Of a DNA stretch of 64,000 nt, positions 10,695 through 22,900 are shown piece after piece (position 1 is the stretch's first letter; each line of letters opens with the position of its first letter). The DNA is from Octopus vulgaris (taxonomy: Eukaryota): the NCBI GenBank assembly GCA_951406725.2, contig OX597820.1, positions 25,172,001 to 25,236,000 on the forward strand. The letters are read 5' to 3'. Position numbers and translations under genes: made by a program. A model generated the notes under the pieces. The model was not told the origin of the DNA. It did not search any database and saw only the letters and a list, made by a program, of their open reading frames with translations.

Positions 10695-13600
10695 CCCCGT
10701 GTTTTGAAACAAGATTCGACACAATAAGATCAGAACCTGATTACTGTGAAGCAAAATTCTTAGCTTTTCAGTCTATTTATAGCTCCTAGTTACACTCATG
10801 TGAACTGAGTTATTGAGCAATAACAGGGTCTATGATAGTAGTAACAAAACATCCTGATCTCGATCTCTCTCCCTCTTTGTCTTCTGCCTCTGTGTGTGTG
10901 TATGTCTGTTTCACTTTCCCTTTCTCACAAAATCCTTTTTCTTTCTCTTATCACCCCTTCTTTTTTTTTCTTTTTCGCTTTCACTCTTTCTCTCTCTCTT
11001 GCTCTCCATCATCCTTCTCTTATTTTCCTAAACTTCTTTGTCTTCTTTCAATTTTTTGTTACTCCACAAGGGAACTAAAAATTTATTCTAAATATGAAAT
11101 GGTGAATCATTAAGACTGCAGATAAGAAACTCTTGCACTGGCAGGAAGGCCTAAACATAGTCGCAATCCCAAAACAGAAAACAATATTTAAAATGTTGAA
11201 ATGCTGTTATTTTTGGTGGGGGTTTCTTCCTTTTAATTTTCATACAAGACCTTTTTTGGGTTTTTTTTTTCATGTCTTTCAGCTAACCGAAGAAATGAGA
11301 ACCAGAATTCTATCATTAGACATTGCTGAACTCCAGAAGAAACTCAAAGATCGTTCATTAAAAGCAATTGATGTTCTTCAAGCTTATCAGTACAAGGTTG
11401 CTTTTTTTTATTTTATATCGATTTTTCTGGGGTTTTTAAAACCATTCTTTGATTGTATTTTTTATGTTTCATTGTAAAACAAGTTTGAAAAATGCACTAC
11501 TGAAATTTTGAATCCTTCTAAGAAGAACCTCCATTCTTCTAAAAGGTAGGTGATGTGCAATGATTACTGATAATTCATCATTATTATCATTATCATTTAA
11601 TGTCTGCTTTCCATTCTGGCATGTGTAGGATGGTTTGGCAGGGAACCAACCAGCTGCAGGGTTGCATTGAGCCCCAGTGTCATCCTCAGCATGGTTTTTC
11701 CAACAGGATGCCCTTCCTAATGCCAACCACTTGGATACTTAGATGATCCTACTGCATGGCACCTAACACAACTGGCTTCCATTGTAGCCTCATGAAAGAT
11801 CTTGTTACTTACACTATGATTCAGTGAGCAAGTATTGGGTTGTCCAGAAAGTTTGTGCCGATTTATAGTAGCTTACCTTTCGACTTATTTTAGAACATGG
11901 TTGAGTTCATAAAATAGGATTTGACTACACCTCCATTTAGAGTACAGTTTAAGCTAACTTTTTATGGAAGAAGATTTATGTTCCTATAACCTGTGTTAAT
12001 TCTGTAACCCTTTAAAATGGAAGATAAGAAAGTTCATTTTCGGCACTTGATGCTTTGGGAACCAGACAAAAATTGCTGCAGCTCGGCTGGGATGTGTTAC
12101 CTCACCCTCCATATTCACCAGATATTGCTTCATTGGATGTCCACTTATTGAGGTCTCTGCAGGTCTTAATGGTAAACATTTTTCATTTAATTGAACAACT
12201 GGAATCGTTCATCATTCTGGCAGATTGCAATGGTGAATATACTAATCATTGTTGTATTTCATCATTGGAGAACAAGTTCTTCTTTCAGACAAATGTGTGA
12301 TTGTAACACAGTCAATTATTAGCATAAGGAGACATTTAGACACCTGGTGTTTTGACATTGTATCTCCTCAGCCAAAGCTATTGGAAACTAACACATCTTA
12401 AAAGAGATTGCAGCTCTTCAAAACAATGCCTTGCTCACTCTCTCCATGCATGTCCGGGCTACGCTTTCTAGATGGGATTGTCATGGCTGGTATTTAGTTG
12501 AAGAGAGGTTTGGTTGCTCAGTTTTGGCCTCTCAACTCACACTTTTGCATCCTACCAATTTACACATGTCATCTCTCTTTCTCTCAGCCTTCCCCTGTCT
12601 GCAGTATCATTATTACTATTCTGTTGTTCTTCACCCTTTTCTGTACTGCCAGTCATCCCTTACTCTCTCCTATCTTCCCCCAACTCATATGTATTAAATC
12701 ACCCCTCATTCCTTATCCTCCATTCATTATATCCACTCCTGAATCCTACCTAATCTCTACAGTCCTTACCTTCTGTTCCTTACCTGCTATCCAATGGATT
12801 TATCATCTCTCAATACTTATTCTTCATTCACCCATTCCCCATTACTTACAATCTCTCACTCTCATCATAAACTCTTGCTATCTCTACCCATCCACACTCT
12901 GTACTTCTGGCTCACTCATTTCTACTCACTTTGTACCTTGATGCTCCACATTACCACTGTTTTATTTTTATTTCCAGCTTCATCTCAGTTACTCCCATCC
13001 TATATATATATATATAACCTTGGATCGTAGAGTACCTGCTGTGCTTGAGGAGACCTATTGAGTCAAGTACATTAACATCAACATTAAAATAAAAATCAAA
13101 TGGAAATTATAGTTAAGATACCCGTGCTAGTGCCACATAAAAAGCACCAACCGATCGTGGCCATTTGCCACCCTCCTCTGGCCCCTTTGTCGGTGGCACG
13201 TAAAAAGCACCCACTACACTCATGGAGTGGTTGGCGTTAGGAAGGGCATCCAGCTGTAGAAACACTGCCAGATCAGACTGGAGCCTGGCACAGCCTCCTG
13301 GCACAGCCTCCTGGCACAGCCTCCTGGCTTCCCAGAACCCAGTCGAACCTTATATATAATTCTAATGTTTTCATTGCTGGAAGATAGCCACCCATCGCCG
13401 CCATAATTGTTGACCTTAATAGATTATTGTCTTAATCATTAAAGTTGCATACAAATTGCTGTGCAGTATTTTGTTATACACCTTTACATTCTGAATTCAT
13501 TTCCCACTGTAGTTGACTTTCTTTTATGCTCATCCTGGCTTAGGACAAAAACAAAATTATGTACCAGTATTACACTGAAAAACTGAAATAAATAACTGTA

Positions 13601-13969
13601 CTTATTTGCTCAAAATTACTGTCTTTTTGCTAATATTATAAATCAATATTTAGTGATTAACCTCTGGTTTTCTACAACAGGCACTTGAAGCACAAGAGGA
13701 AACCAATTGTTTAATTGCAGTAATTCCCGAAGCTGAGGTAAGTAACTTGCAGACATCAATGTGCATTTTTATGTATTTTTATATATATTGTTCGTTCAGT
13801 TCTATATTTAAGAGATGAGGAATTATGTACATTATTTACATTCGACAGATATTTGTCCTCATCTTGTTCGTTGTTAACACAACATTTCGGCTGATATACC
13901 CTCCAAGCCTTCTTCAGGTGTCTTTGGGAAATTTCGAACCTGGGTTCTCATTCCTAAGGTATTTTTCGA

Positions 13970-14003
<34 letters not shown>

Positions 14004-16880
14004 TAGTTTTATTTTTATTTTTATAGCGTGCTTTCACTTCACTACCGAGCGCAGCTCTGTGTGCCTTGGGTATGTGCTGTGATTTGTTGTGATGCTCTGA
14101 TGGTTATTGTATGGAAAGTGTTCTGCGTAGGATGTGGGCAGTGCCTAGTAGTGCAATTTTCTGTATGTTATATGTGTTTGTAAGTCCTGGTGTTTTTGTT
14201 ATGTATTTGTCTGAATATTTTTTTATCATGCCTAATGCACCTACTATGATAGGAATTGTTTCTGTTTTCAGATTCCACATTCTAGTTACCTCTATTTCCA
14301 GGTCTTTGTATTTTGAGAGTTTCTCCATTTCTTTTAGAGACACGTTGTCATCTGCCGGTATTGATACATCAATTAAAAAGCATTTTTTTCTTCATGATCT
14401 CTGACAACTATATCTGGTCTGTTGGCCTTAATTTCTCTATCTGTGTGTATCGGCATATCCCAGAGTATGGTTGCTTTCTCGTTTTCTGTGACCTTTTCTG
14501 GTGTGTGCCTATACCATCTTTTTTCTGTTGTTATTCCATAATGTTGGCATAGCTTCCAATGTATGTAGGTTCCAACTCTGTCATGTCTGTGAATATATTC
14601 CTTCTTAGCCAGGACTGGGCAGCTAGAGATAATATGATTTATTGTTTCTTGTCTATCTCCACATATTCTGCAGTTACTTGTAATATTTCTTTTCATTACA
14701 TGTTTTTGGTAATTTCTGGTGGGGAGGCTTTGGTCTTGTGCTGCAATTAAAAATCCCTCTGTTTCTGCTTTGAGTCCTGAGCTTCTCAACCATTGCTGGG
14801 ATTTTTCTTTGTCTATTTCTTTTGCGTTTAGTTTAGTGCAGTATTTACCATGAAGGGGCTTTTCTTGCCATCGTTTTATCATGGTTCGTTGCTGTTCTGT
14901 TTTTAGTTTGGATTTCATTTGTTTTATAGCTTTTGTTGTTTCTTCATCTTCTTCTTCTTCATGTTTATTAGGTGGTATGATTTCTTGTTTGTATTTGTCA
15001 GCTTCCTTAAATACTGAGAACAGTTTTTTGTTTTGCTCGTGTTTTGCCGCTATCTGGATCAGTTTTCCTTCCTTCTGAAGTAGATATTTTTGCAGTCCTA
15101 TGGTGGTTATTTTATAGTAGTTTTCCAGCTGTATAAGGCCTCTACCACCTTCTATACGTTGTATATATAGTCTTTCTATGTCAGATTTTGGGTGATGCAT
15201 CCTAGATCCTGTCATTATTTTTCTTGTTTTCCTATCTATTTTGGTCAGTTCATTTCGTGTCCAGTTAAGGATATTGTAGCTGTAACTTATAACTGGGACA
15301 GCTAAAGTGTTGATACCTATTATCTTGTTTTTAGCATTGAGCTCTGTGTTTAGTATTGATCTAACTCGTCTATAATATTCTTTTTTTACTTTCTCTTTCA
15401 TTTGTGTGTGTTGTGTCTTATCTAGTTCATGGATTCCTAAGTATTTGTAAGTTTGGCTTTGGTCTAATTCTTTTATTTCATTGGTTTTATCTAGTGTGAT
15501 GTTGTTACTCTTAACTAGTTTTCCTCTTTTCATGGTTACTTTGGCGCATTTTTCTAATCCAAATTTCATATCTATTTCTTTGGTAAATCCATGAACTGTC
15601 TTTAATAGTGTTTCCAGCTGTTTGTCATTTGCAGCGTATAGTTTTAGGTCATCCATATATAAAAGGTGGCTGATCGTTTTGCCGTAACATTTATATCCGC
15701 ATCCAGTTCTATTTAGCATATCAGATAGAGGTGACAGTGCCAAGCAGAAAAGGAGTGGAGAGAGCGTGTCTCCCTGGAATATTCCTCTTCTAATGGGGAT
15801 GTCTTTGGTTTTCATGAGTCCCTCTTTTGTTTGGAGGTGTAGGACTGTTTGCCATTTATTCATAGAGTGCTCTATGAATTTTATGATTGTTGGTGCTACT
15901 TTGTTAATGGCTAGTGTTTCGAGGATCCATGTGTGGGGGATGCTATCAAACGCCTTTTTGTAGTCAATCCAGGCCATACTGAGGCCTTTCTTCTTTCTGT
16001 GGCTGTCTTCAGTTATGGCTTTATTAATCATTAGTTGATCTTTACAGCCATATGAGCCTTTGCGGCATCCTTTCTGCTCTTCTGGGAACAGTTTGTTTTC
16101 GTCCAGGTGCTTGTTCAGCCTTTGTGATATCACTGCAGTAAATGCCTTGAAAATAGTAGGGAGGCAGGTTATTGGTCTGTAGTTTTCTGGTTTTTCTGTT
16201 TCATTTGATTTGGGAATTAAGATGGTTTTCCCCTTCGTGAGCCATTCAGGCATTGTCTCTGGCTCTGCTAGTACGTTGTTAAAGTTTTCAGCCAGCTTTT
16301 TGTGCATTCCTGTTAGATATTTCAACCAGAAGTTGGGGATCTTGTCATGCCCAGGTGCCTTCCAGTTGCTTAGTCTTTGCAGTGCCTGGGTGACCTCTTC
16401 AGTTGTTATGGGGGTCCAAAGTTGTTCAGATGCCGAGTTTGTAATTTTGATACTCCTCTTTTTTGGTGGTTCGTTCGCCGACCATATCTCTCTCCAGAAT
16501 TCTTCCAATTCTTCTGCCGTTGGTGCTGCAGTGACTTCTATTTTATTTTTGCCCAGTTCTTGGTAGAACTTTTTGGGGTTGGAGCTGAACTTTTTGTTTT
16601 CTTCAAAGAAGCGTTGGCGTTTCTTGTACCGGCGGATCCTTTGTGCTTTGGCAAGGATATCTTGCTTCAGCTTTTCTTTTATTTCAGGCAAATCTTTCTC
16701 TGTCATGTTATATTTGCGGAGTATTTTTGTTCTCTTTTTGTTGCTCAGTAGCGTTGATTCTTTGCTGATTTCATTAAGAATCGACAGGTCTTTTCTAATT
16801 TTTTTTATTTTGCTTTGGATGTTATTTATCCACAGGGTTTGTTTGGGTGGTGGTACTCCTGTTTGGGCGGGTTTGGGTGA

Positions 16881-16927
<47 letters not shown>

Positions 16928-19900
16928 CATCATCATCATTGTTATTGCTACTATATGCCCACGAGCATATGGCGTAGGGATTAAGAGGGCAGGCTACTAA
17001 CCTCAAGATTCCAAGTTTAATTCCAAGCAGTGACCTGAACAATAACAATAATAATAATAATAACATCAAAAAATACCTTAGGAATGAGAATCCGGGTTTG
17101 AAATTTCCCCCAAGACACCTGAAGAAGGCTGGAGGGTATATCAGCTGAAACATTGTGTTAACAACAAACAAGATGAGGACAAATATCCGTTGAATGTAAA
17201 TAATATTGTTCGTTGTTCTTTTAAGTCTTCTATATGTTTTACATAGTATTTTGTGTCCACAGTTGCTTCAAGTGTATTTTGTGTATGCCACAGATATATT
17301 CCCTGCCAAGTATATATTTACTGTTTTTCTTTCTGTGTACACATACACCTCTCTCTCTCTCTCTCTCTCTGTATTCTTTCACTCTTTTACTTGTTTCAGT
17401 CATTTGACTGCAACCATACTGGAGCACCACCTAAAGGGGTTTCAGTCGAACAAATCAACCCCAAGACTTATTCGTTGTAAGCCTAGTACTTATTCTATCA
17501 TAAAATAAATATTAACAATTTTGGTTCTTTTCCCAGGAATTAGCACTGAAGTGTGATTCTCTGCCATCGGTGATAAAACCTCTCCATGGAATCCCAATTA
17601 GTCTGAAAGAAAATATAATCTACAAGGTTGGTTTCTCATTTGAACTGCAGTTCATGTATTTTCTCATTTTACCTTAAACTTTTCTCTGTAACTGTGGCAG
17701 TCATTAACTCTCTTCCCAGTTTCACCCCAATTACTCCTATCCTCTCTTCTATAATATAAGTAACCATGTAATGCCTCTACAGCTAGAAACCTGGTTTTTG
17801 CAACTAGCAAATTCTAGGTTTACAGTTTTATAAATTTATAAAGGAGTGGTTAGAGATCATGCGGTCGTTAGCCTCAAATCGTCTGGTCTGGTCAGCATTT
17901 GTGAGAGATGCAGCATTGAGGATGATTGAAGCCAGTTCAACCCACCCCGAGTGAATGCTGTCTCAAGACAAGAAGAAATTAAATTTTCCACTAAAGGTCA
18001 AATAAGCAACAGACTGACTAAGAAAGTAAAAAGGCTTGAGTAAGGCTGTTTGATCAAATAGACTTATGAGCAAAGACATTTCACTTACGACCATCCTGTC
18101 AGTTAGTATATCAGGAACTATATTGCTATAACAGTAAGGTTTGAGAGAGGTTTGGTTGCTGTTAATAACAGATCAGTTGACCATGTAGCAGCTCTGTTGA
18201 CTAGTAAAATTAACTTGAATGTTTGTTGCTTGATCTTCTTATAGTAACTGATCTCATTTTTTATTTATTTATTTATTTTTGCATCCAATTAGGGACTTTA
18301 CTCAACCAATGGTTTAGGTTCAAAGCTGTTGAACCCACCTTCTGCTCATGATTCAAATCTTGTTAAGGTATGTTTTATTTTTATACTTAAAATGTTCTTC
18401 AGCCAATTTAAGCAATCTCAGGACCACAATGCAGTTATGGTAGTGAATAGTGAGGGCTTAACCTAATTGATGTCTTTCTTCCCAAGACTGACTTTAATCC
18501 TATAATACATGGCACTAGAAATGTTTTAAAATAATTGCATTTAAATTAAAATTTCTGTCATGTAATAACGTTATGTTCTAAATACTAATTTAATAACAGA
18601 TTTATTTATTTTATCAAATCCTTTCAATGTCTTGAGTATTTTCAAAATTAATAGAAACCAAGTATTCGTTTAGAAATATCATCATAAGAGATAACCAAGT
18701 GTCGGCATTCTTTCGATATAAGTCCCATTTACTTCAACTGGATCACGTGTATTTGTTTACATTTGAAGAAGATCATCGTCACTTTCCGTAAATGTTTTAT
18801 TTTTTTACATTGTGGGGTGGGGGGAATGGTATCTTTTCAAGTCAGCGTAATGTGGGTGGGGGTGGTTAGGGTATCCTTTCAAGTCGGCGTAAAAGCCAGA
18901 CAAATTGAGCGTGAAGTTCTTTTGAAGCTGGCGTTCCGTTTGTTTGTGCGTGTGTGCGTGTGTGTATTTGTTTCCCCCAAACCCATATTGTAAAAAAATA
19001 AAAACTTTTTAACAGAAACCGACGATCTTCTTCAGAAATGTAAATAAACCCACGTGGTTTATAAGTGACAGTTATGTTACTAGTAACAAATGATCGCCCA
19101 AGTGTCTTACTCAAGGGACATAATCCATAATTTGTAAATAGCCTATTAACTAGGGGATTATTTTGTGTTGCTGCTTAGAAATACAAACTGTGGACTTTGG
19201 TAATGAATGTCTGTGGTGAGGAAAATCACGACAAACATTTTCCTATTAATAAAATCAGCACTGTCTTGACTGGCTCCCATGCCGGTGGCACGTAAAAAGC
19301 ACAATCCGATCATGGTCAATGCCTGGCCCCTGTGCCAGTGGCACGTAAAAAGCACCCACTGCACTCTTGGAGTGGTTGGCAATAGGAATGGCATCTAGCT
19401 GTAGAAACATTGCCAGAACAGACAGGGGTTGGCTGCAGCCTCCTGGCTTTCTAGACCCTAATCGAACCATCCAACCCATGCCAGCATGGAAAACAGATGT
19501 TAAACGATGATGATGTCAGTAAACAATTTACAGCATAAGTGAGATTTATTATTTCATTTGAGATACAAACAGGGGAATTGTTTAAAGATTAAAATTCAAA
19601 TTTTCTTTCTTTTATGAAATTCAGTGTTGCTTTGATTTATTTTTATTATTAAAATATTTACTACATTAAAAATAAAGATCATTAGAAATAAAAATAGATT
19701 ATTTCTAAGATCTAATGTAGCAACAACTTAAACGGACCATGTTAACACCAAAAATTATTTACATCAAAATAGTGCTTTTTTTCTATGAAAATCCCTATTT
19801 TTTTACGATTTTTTGACTGCTGTGTCACCATTTTTTGGTGTATTTCAACCAGAAATTTTTAGTGCAAAATATTGATTGGTCAAATCTACAAACTGTGCCA

Positions 19901-22900
19901 TTTTGAAAAATAAAATTGGACTAGTTAAAGGGTGTATTAAGGGCTGATGCTATGAGTGTACTGTGTGAACCTGTCCAACCCATGCCAGCATGGAAAGTGG
20001 ATGCTAAACGACGATGATGATGATGAATTAATTTTTCTGCAGCTAGATTTTTCAGAAGTAAGTTGTGTGTATGTGTGTGTTTTTACTTCTGTAACTTTTT
20101 AGTTTTTCGTATTTTTCAGTTTCTCATTATTTTCCCTTCATTTTCCTTTTTCTTTAACCTTCTCCTGTTCTTTCCTTTCCTTTGATCTCCATCCTATTTA
20201 TATTTCTTCCATGTCACACAATAAAATAACCTGGAGATGGAAAGAAAACACCTAAATAATTTTATCAGCTGGCCAGTGCAAGTAATCTGTACTTATTTCT
20301 ATTGTATTACTAGCAGTATCGCCCGGTGTTGCTCGGGTTTGTTTCAACCCTTTAGAATTGGAAATTTTGGAAAGTAAAAATTTTGCATTATGTAGCTTGT
20401 TATTCTCTTTAAGTGAACATTTTTCTGGTTGAAATACACCGAAAAATGGCGACACAGCAGTAAAAAAATCGCAAAAAAACAGGGATTTTCATAGAAAAAA
20501 AGCACCTTTTTGATGTAAATAATTTTTGGTGTTAACATGGTCTGATTTGAATTTTTTCTTCTATGGAGTGAAGAGCAAGCCTTCTTCTATCATACTCTCA
20601 ATTTTGGTCAACTTGCACAGCAGGGTCTTGGAGGAGATAGTGTTAGTTGAAGGCTACCAAACCTGCCACACACAGACAACTTCAGCTTTATATATAGAGA
20701 GATTACAGTTACTCTCTCTCAATCTTTCTCATTTGATCACATACTGTCCCCCACTACACACACACACATTGTAAGTTGATGTCTCAGTGGGCTAGGTATA
20801 TATTGGTGTATTATCAGTCTCTCAGCTGATAGCCAGACAAATATACAGTGAACTGCTTGGTGGTGCCTGGTGCAATGTATCCTCATTTTATTGTTAGCGT
20901 TCTAATTTATTTTTTCTTTCTTTCTTCCTCATTATTTCTATCTTTTCCATCTTTTAGTTTCTTCAAAGTGTATTGGTCTTTGCCTTTCCCTTGGATAGCA
21001 TCAGTGGCATGGAGAGGGGGCACTGATTATTATTAGTGTTTTTATTATTAGTGCTTATTATTAGTGCTATTATTGTGCTTATTATTAGTTCTATTATTAT
21101 TATTAGTGCTATGTGAAGGTGCATGGCTCAGTGGTAGGAGCATCGAGCTTACAATCGTGAGGTTATGAGTTCAAATCCTGGACCCGGCTGCGTGTTGTGT
21201 TCTTGAGCAAGACTCTTTATTTCACGTTGCTCCAGTTCACTCAGTTGTATAAATGAGTTGCGACGTCACAGGTGCCAAGCTGTATCGGCCCCTTTGCCTT
21301 TCCCTTAGATAACACTGGTGGCGTGGAGAGGGGATGCTGGTATGCATGGGTGACTGCTGGTCATCCATAAACAACCTTGCCCAGACTTGTGCCTGGGAGG
21401 GTAACTTTCTAGGTGCAATCCCATGGTCAGTCATGACCGAAGGGGGTCTCAGTGCTATTATTTTTCCTGAATTCATTACTATTGTCTGGTGCAATTAAAT
21501 TGATGTTGAACATTTTTAATTTCTATTTCAGTGTCTGAAAGAACTTGGTGCTGTTCCATTTGTCACAACAAATGTTCCACAGACTTTGATGAGGTGAGCC
21601 TTCCTTAATTCCTTGGAGCCATATTATGGTCTTCTTTCTAGTCTTCAACCTTCTACTTACATATCGCATCTTGTATAAAATAGCACTAATAATAATCTCT
21701 TTTCTCTCAAGCTAAAGAGAAAGCGTTTATACAATTGCTTAACCTGCTACAACTTAGCCAGAAATTTGTAGGCTTTGTTGATTAAACCCATCCTTGTGCT
21801 TGACTAGTATTTATTTTATCATGCCTGGAAAGATGAATATCAAACTTGGCCTTGGCAAAATTTGAACTCAGAACATAAACTGCCTCAAGGCATTTTTTTT
21901 TCTGGTGCTCTACTGATTCAGCCAGGACAAATATTTTAATTGCTTCTGTTTGTTTTTATCAGTTGTTGGGATTTTGAGAAATGCATGGTTTGTACACGAG
22001 TAGCTTAGAGTTTCCAAGAAATCAATTCTGGCCTTGGATAAGGACAATTCCAAAGCAGCCGGCATCAAACTAGAAATACAAAATTTTATTTCAAATATAG
22101 CACAATACAAAAAAAATAAATAACCAAATGTGAATTTGCATCTCAAAATGCAAGAGCTTTTCTGAGAAATCTCAAAACGTAAATAATGTAAACTTCAAAA
22201 AAGTGACTAATAATTATAATTACGGTTTCAAATTTTGGCACAGGACTAGCAAATTTGGGGAGAGGGGTTCAACCGAGTACTTGACTGGTACTTTAGCAAT
22301 ACCTTTTTATCTGGTAAAAACTTAGTCATCATCTTTGAAGTGTTTAGGGTCATTATCATGTTGGAACATAGACTGCCTTCCTAGTTCCTTGATGCTTTTC
22401 AACATTGTTTTCTGCAATATGTCCCAATAATGCCTTGAATCCATTGTTCTCTCAATAAATGTGAGTCCTCCCACACCAGCTGCACTCGTGCATCCCCAAA
22501 GCATAACACTTTTGACACCGTGTTTCATAGTAGGCACAGTGCATTTGTCTCTATTATCTTTACCTGATCATCGCCATTTTCATTTAATACCATTTGGTCC
22601 AAACAAGTTAATTTTAGTCTCATCAGAATAAAGAATTTTATTCCCAAACTCCTTCCCTTTTATTCACATAGGTTTCAAGAAAAGAAAGACTACTTGATTT
22701 ATGCCTAGTAGTGAGAAGAGGCTTCCCACAAGGAATGCATCAATAAGGACCACACTGGTTCAAACTTTGGCAAACTGTTTGGATGGATACACTCTTTCCA
22801 CTAACAGAAGACATTTCTTGGACCAAAGATGAAACAGTACAATGCCTGTCATCCGTCATGTAACGTTGGATATAGCAAATATCTCATGCAGTTAAAATAG

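Noticed and set aside
12431-13030. Overlapping ORFs of 78-147 aa
   Set aside because: Pyrimidine-rich low-complexity intron sequence with no recognisable domain or exon fit.
16883-17171. N-terminal 97 aa (poly-Leu, poly-Asn) of the 932-aa ORF
   Set aside because: Chance read-through across the antisense SINE and TAA tract; LINE homology starts near 16882.
21114-21195. Possible tRNA genes (also 7651, 16962, 37840-37913, 60180-60256)
   Set aside because: These are SINE heads continuing into repeated bodies; I could not fold a complete cloverleaf.
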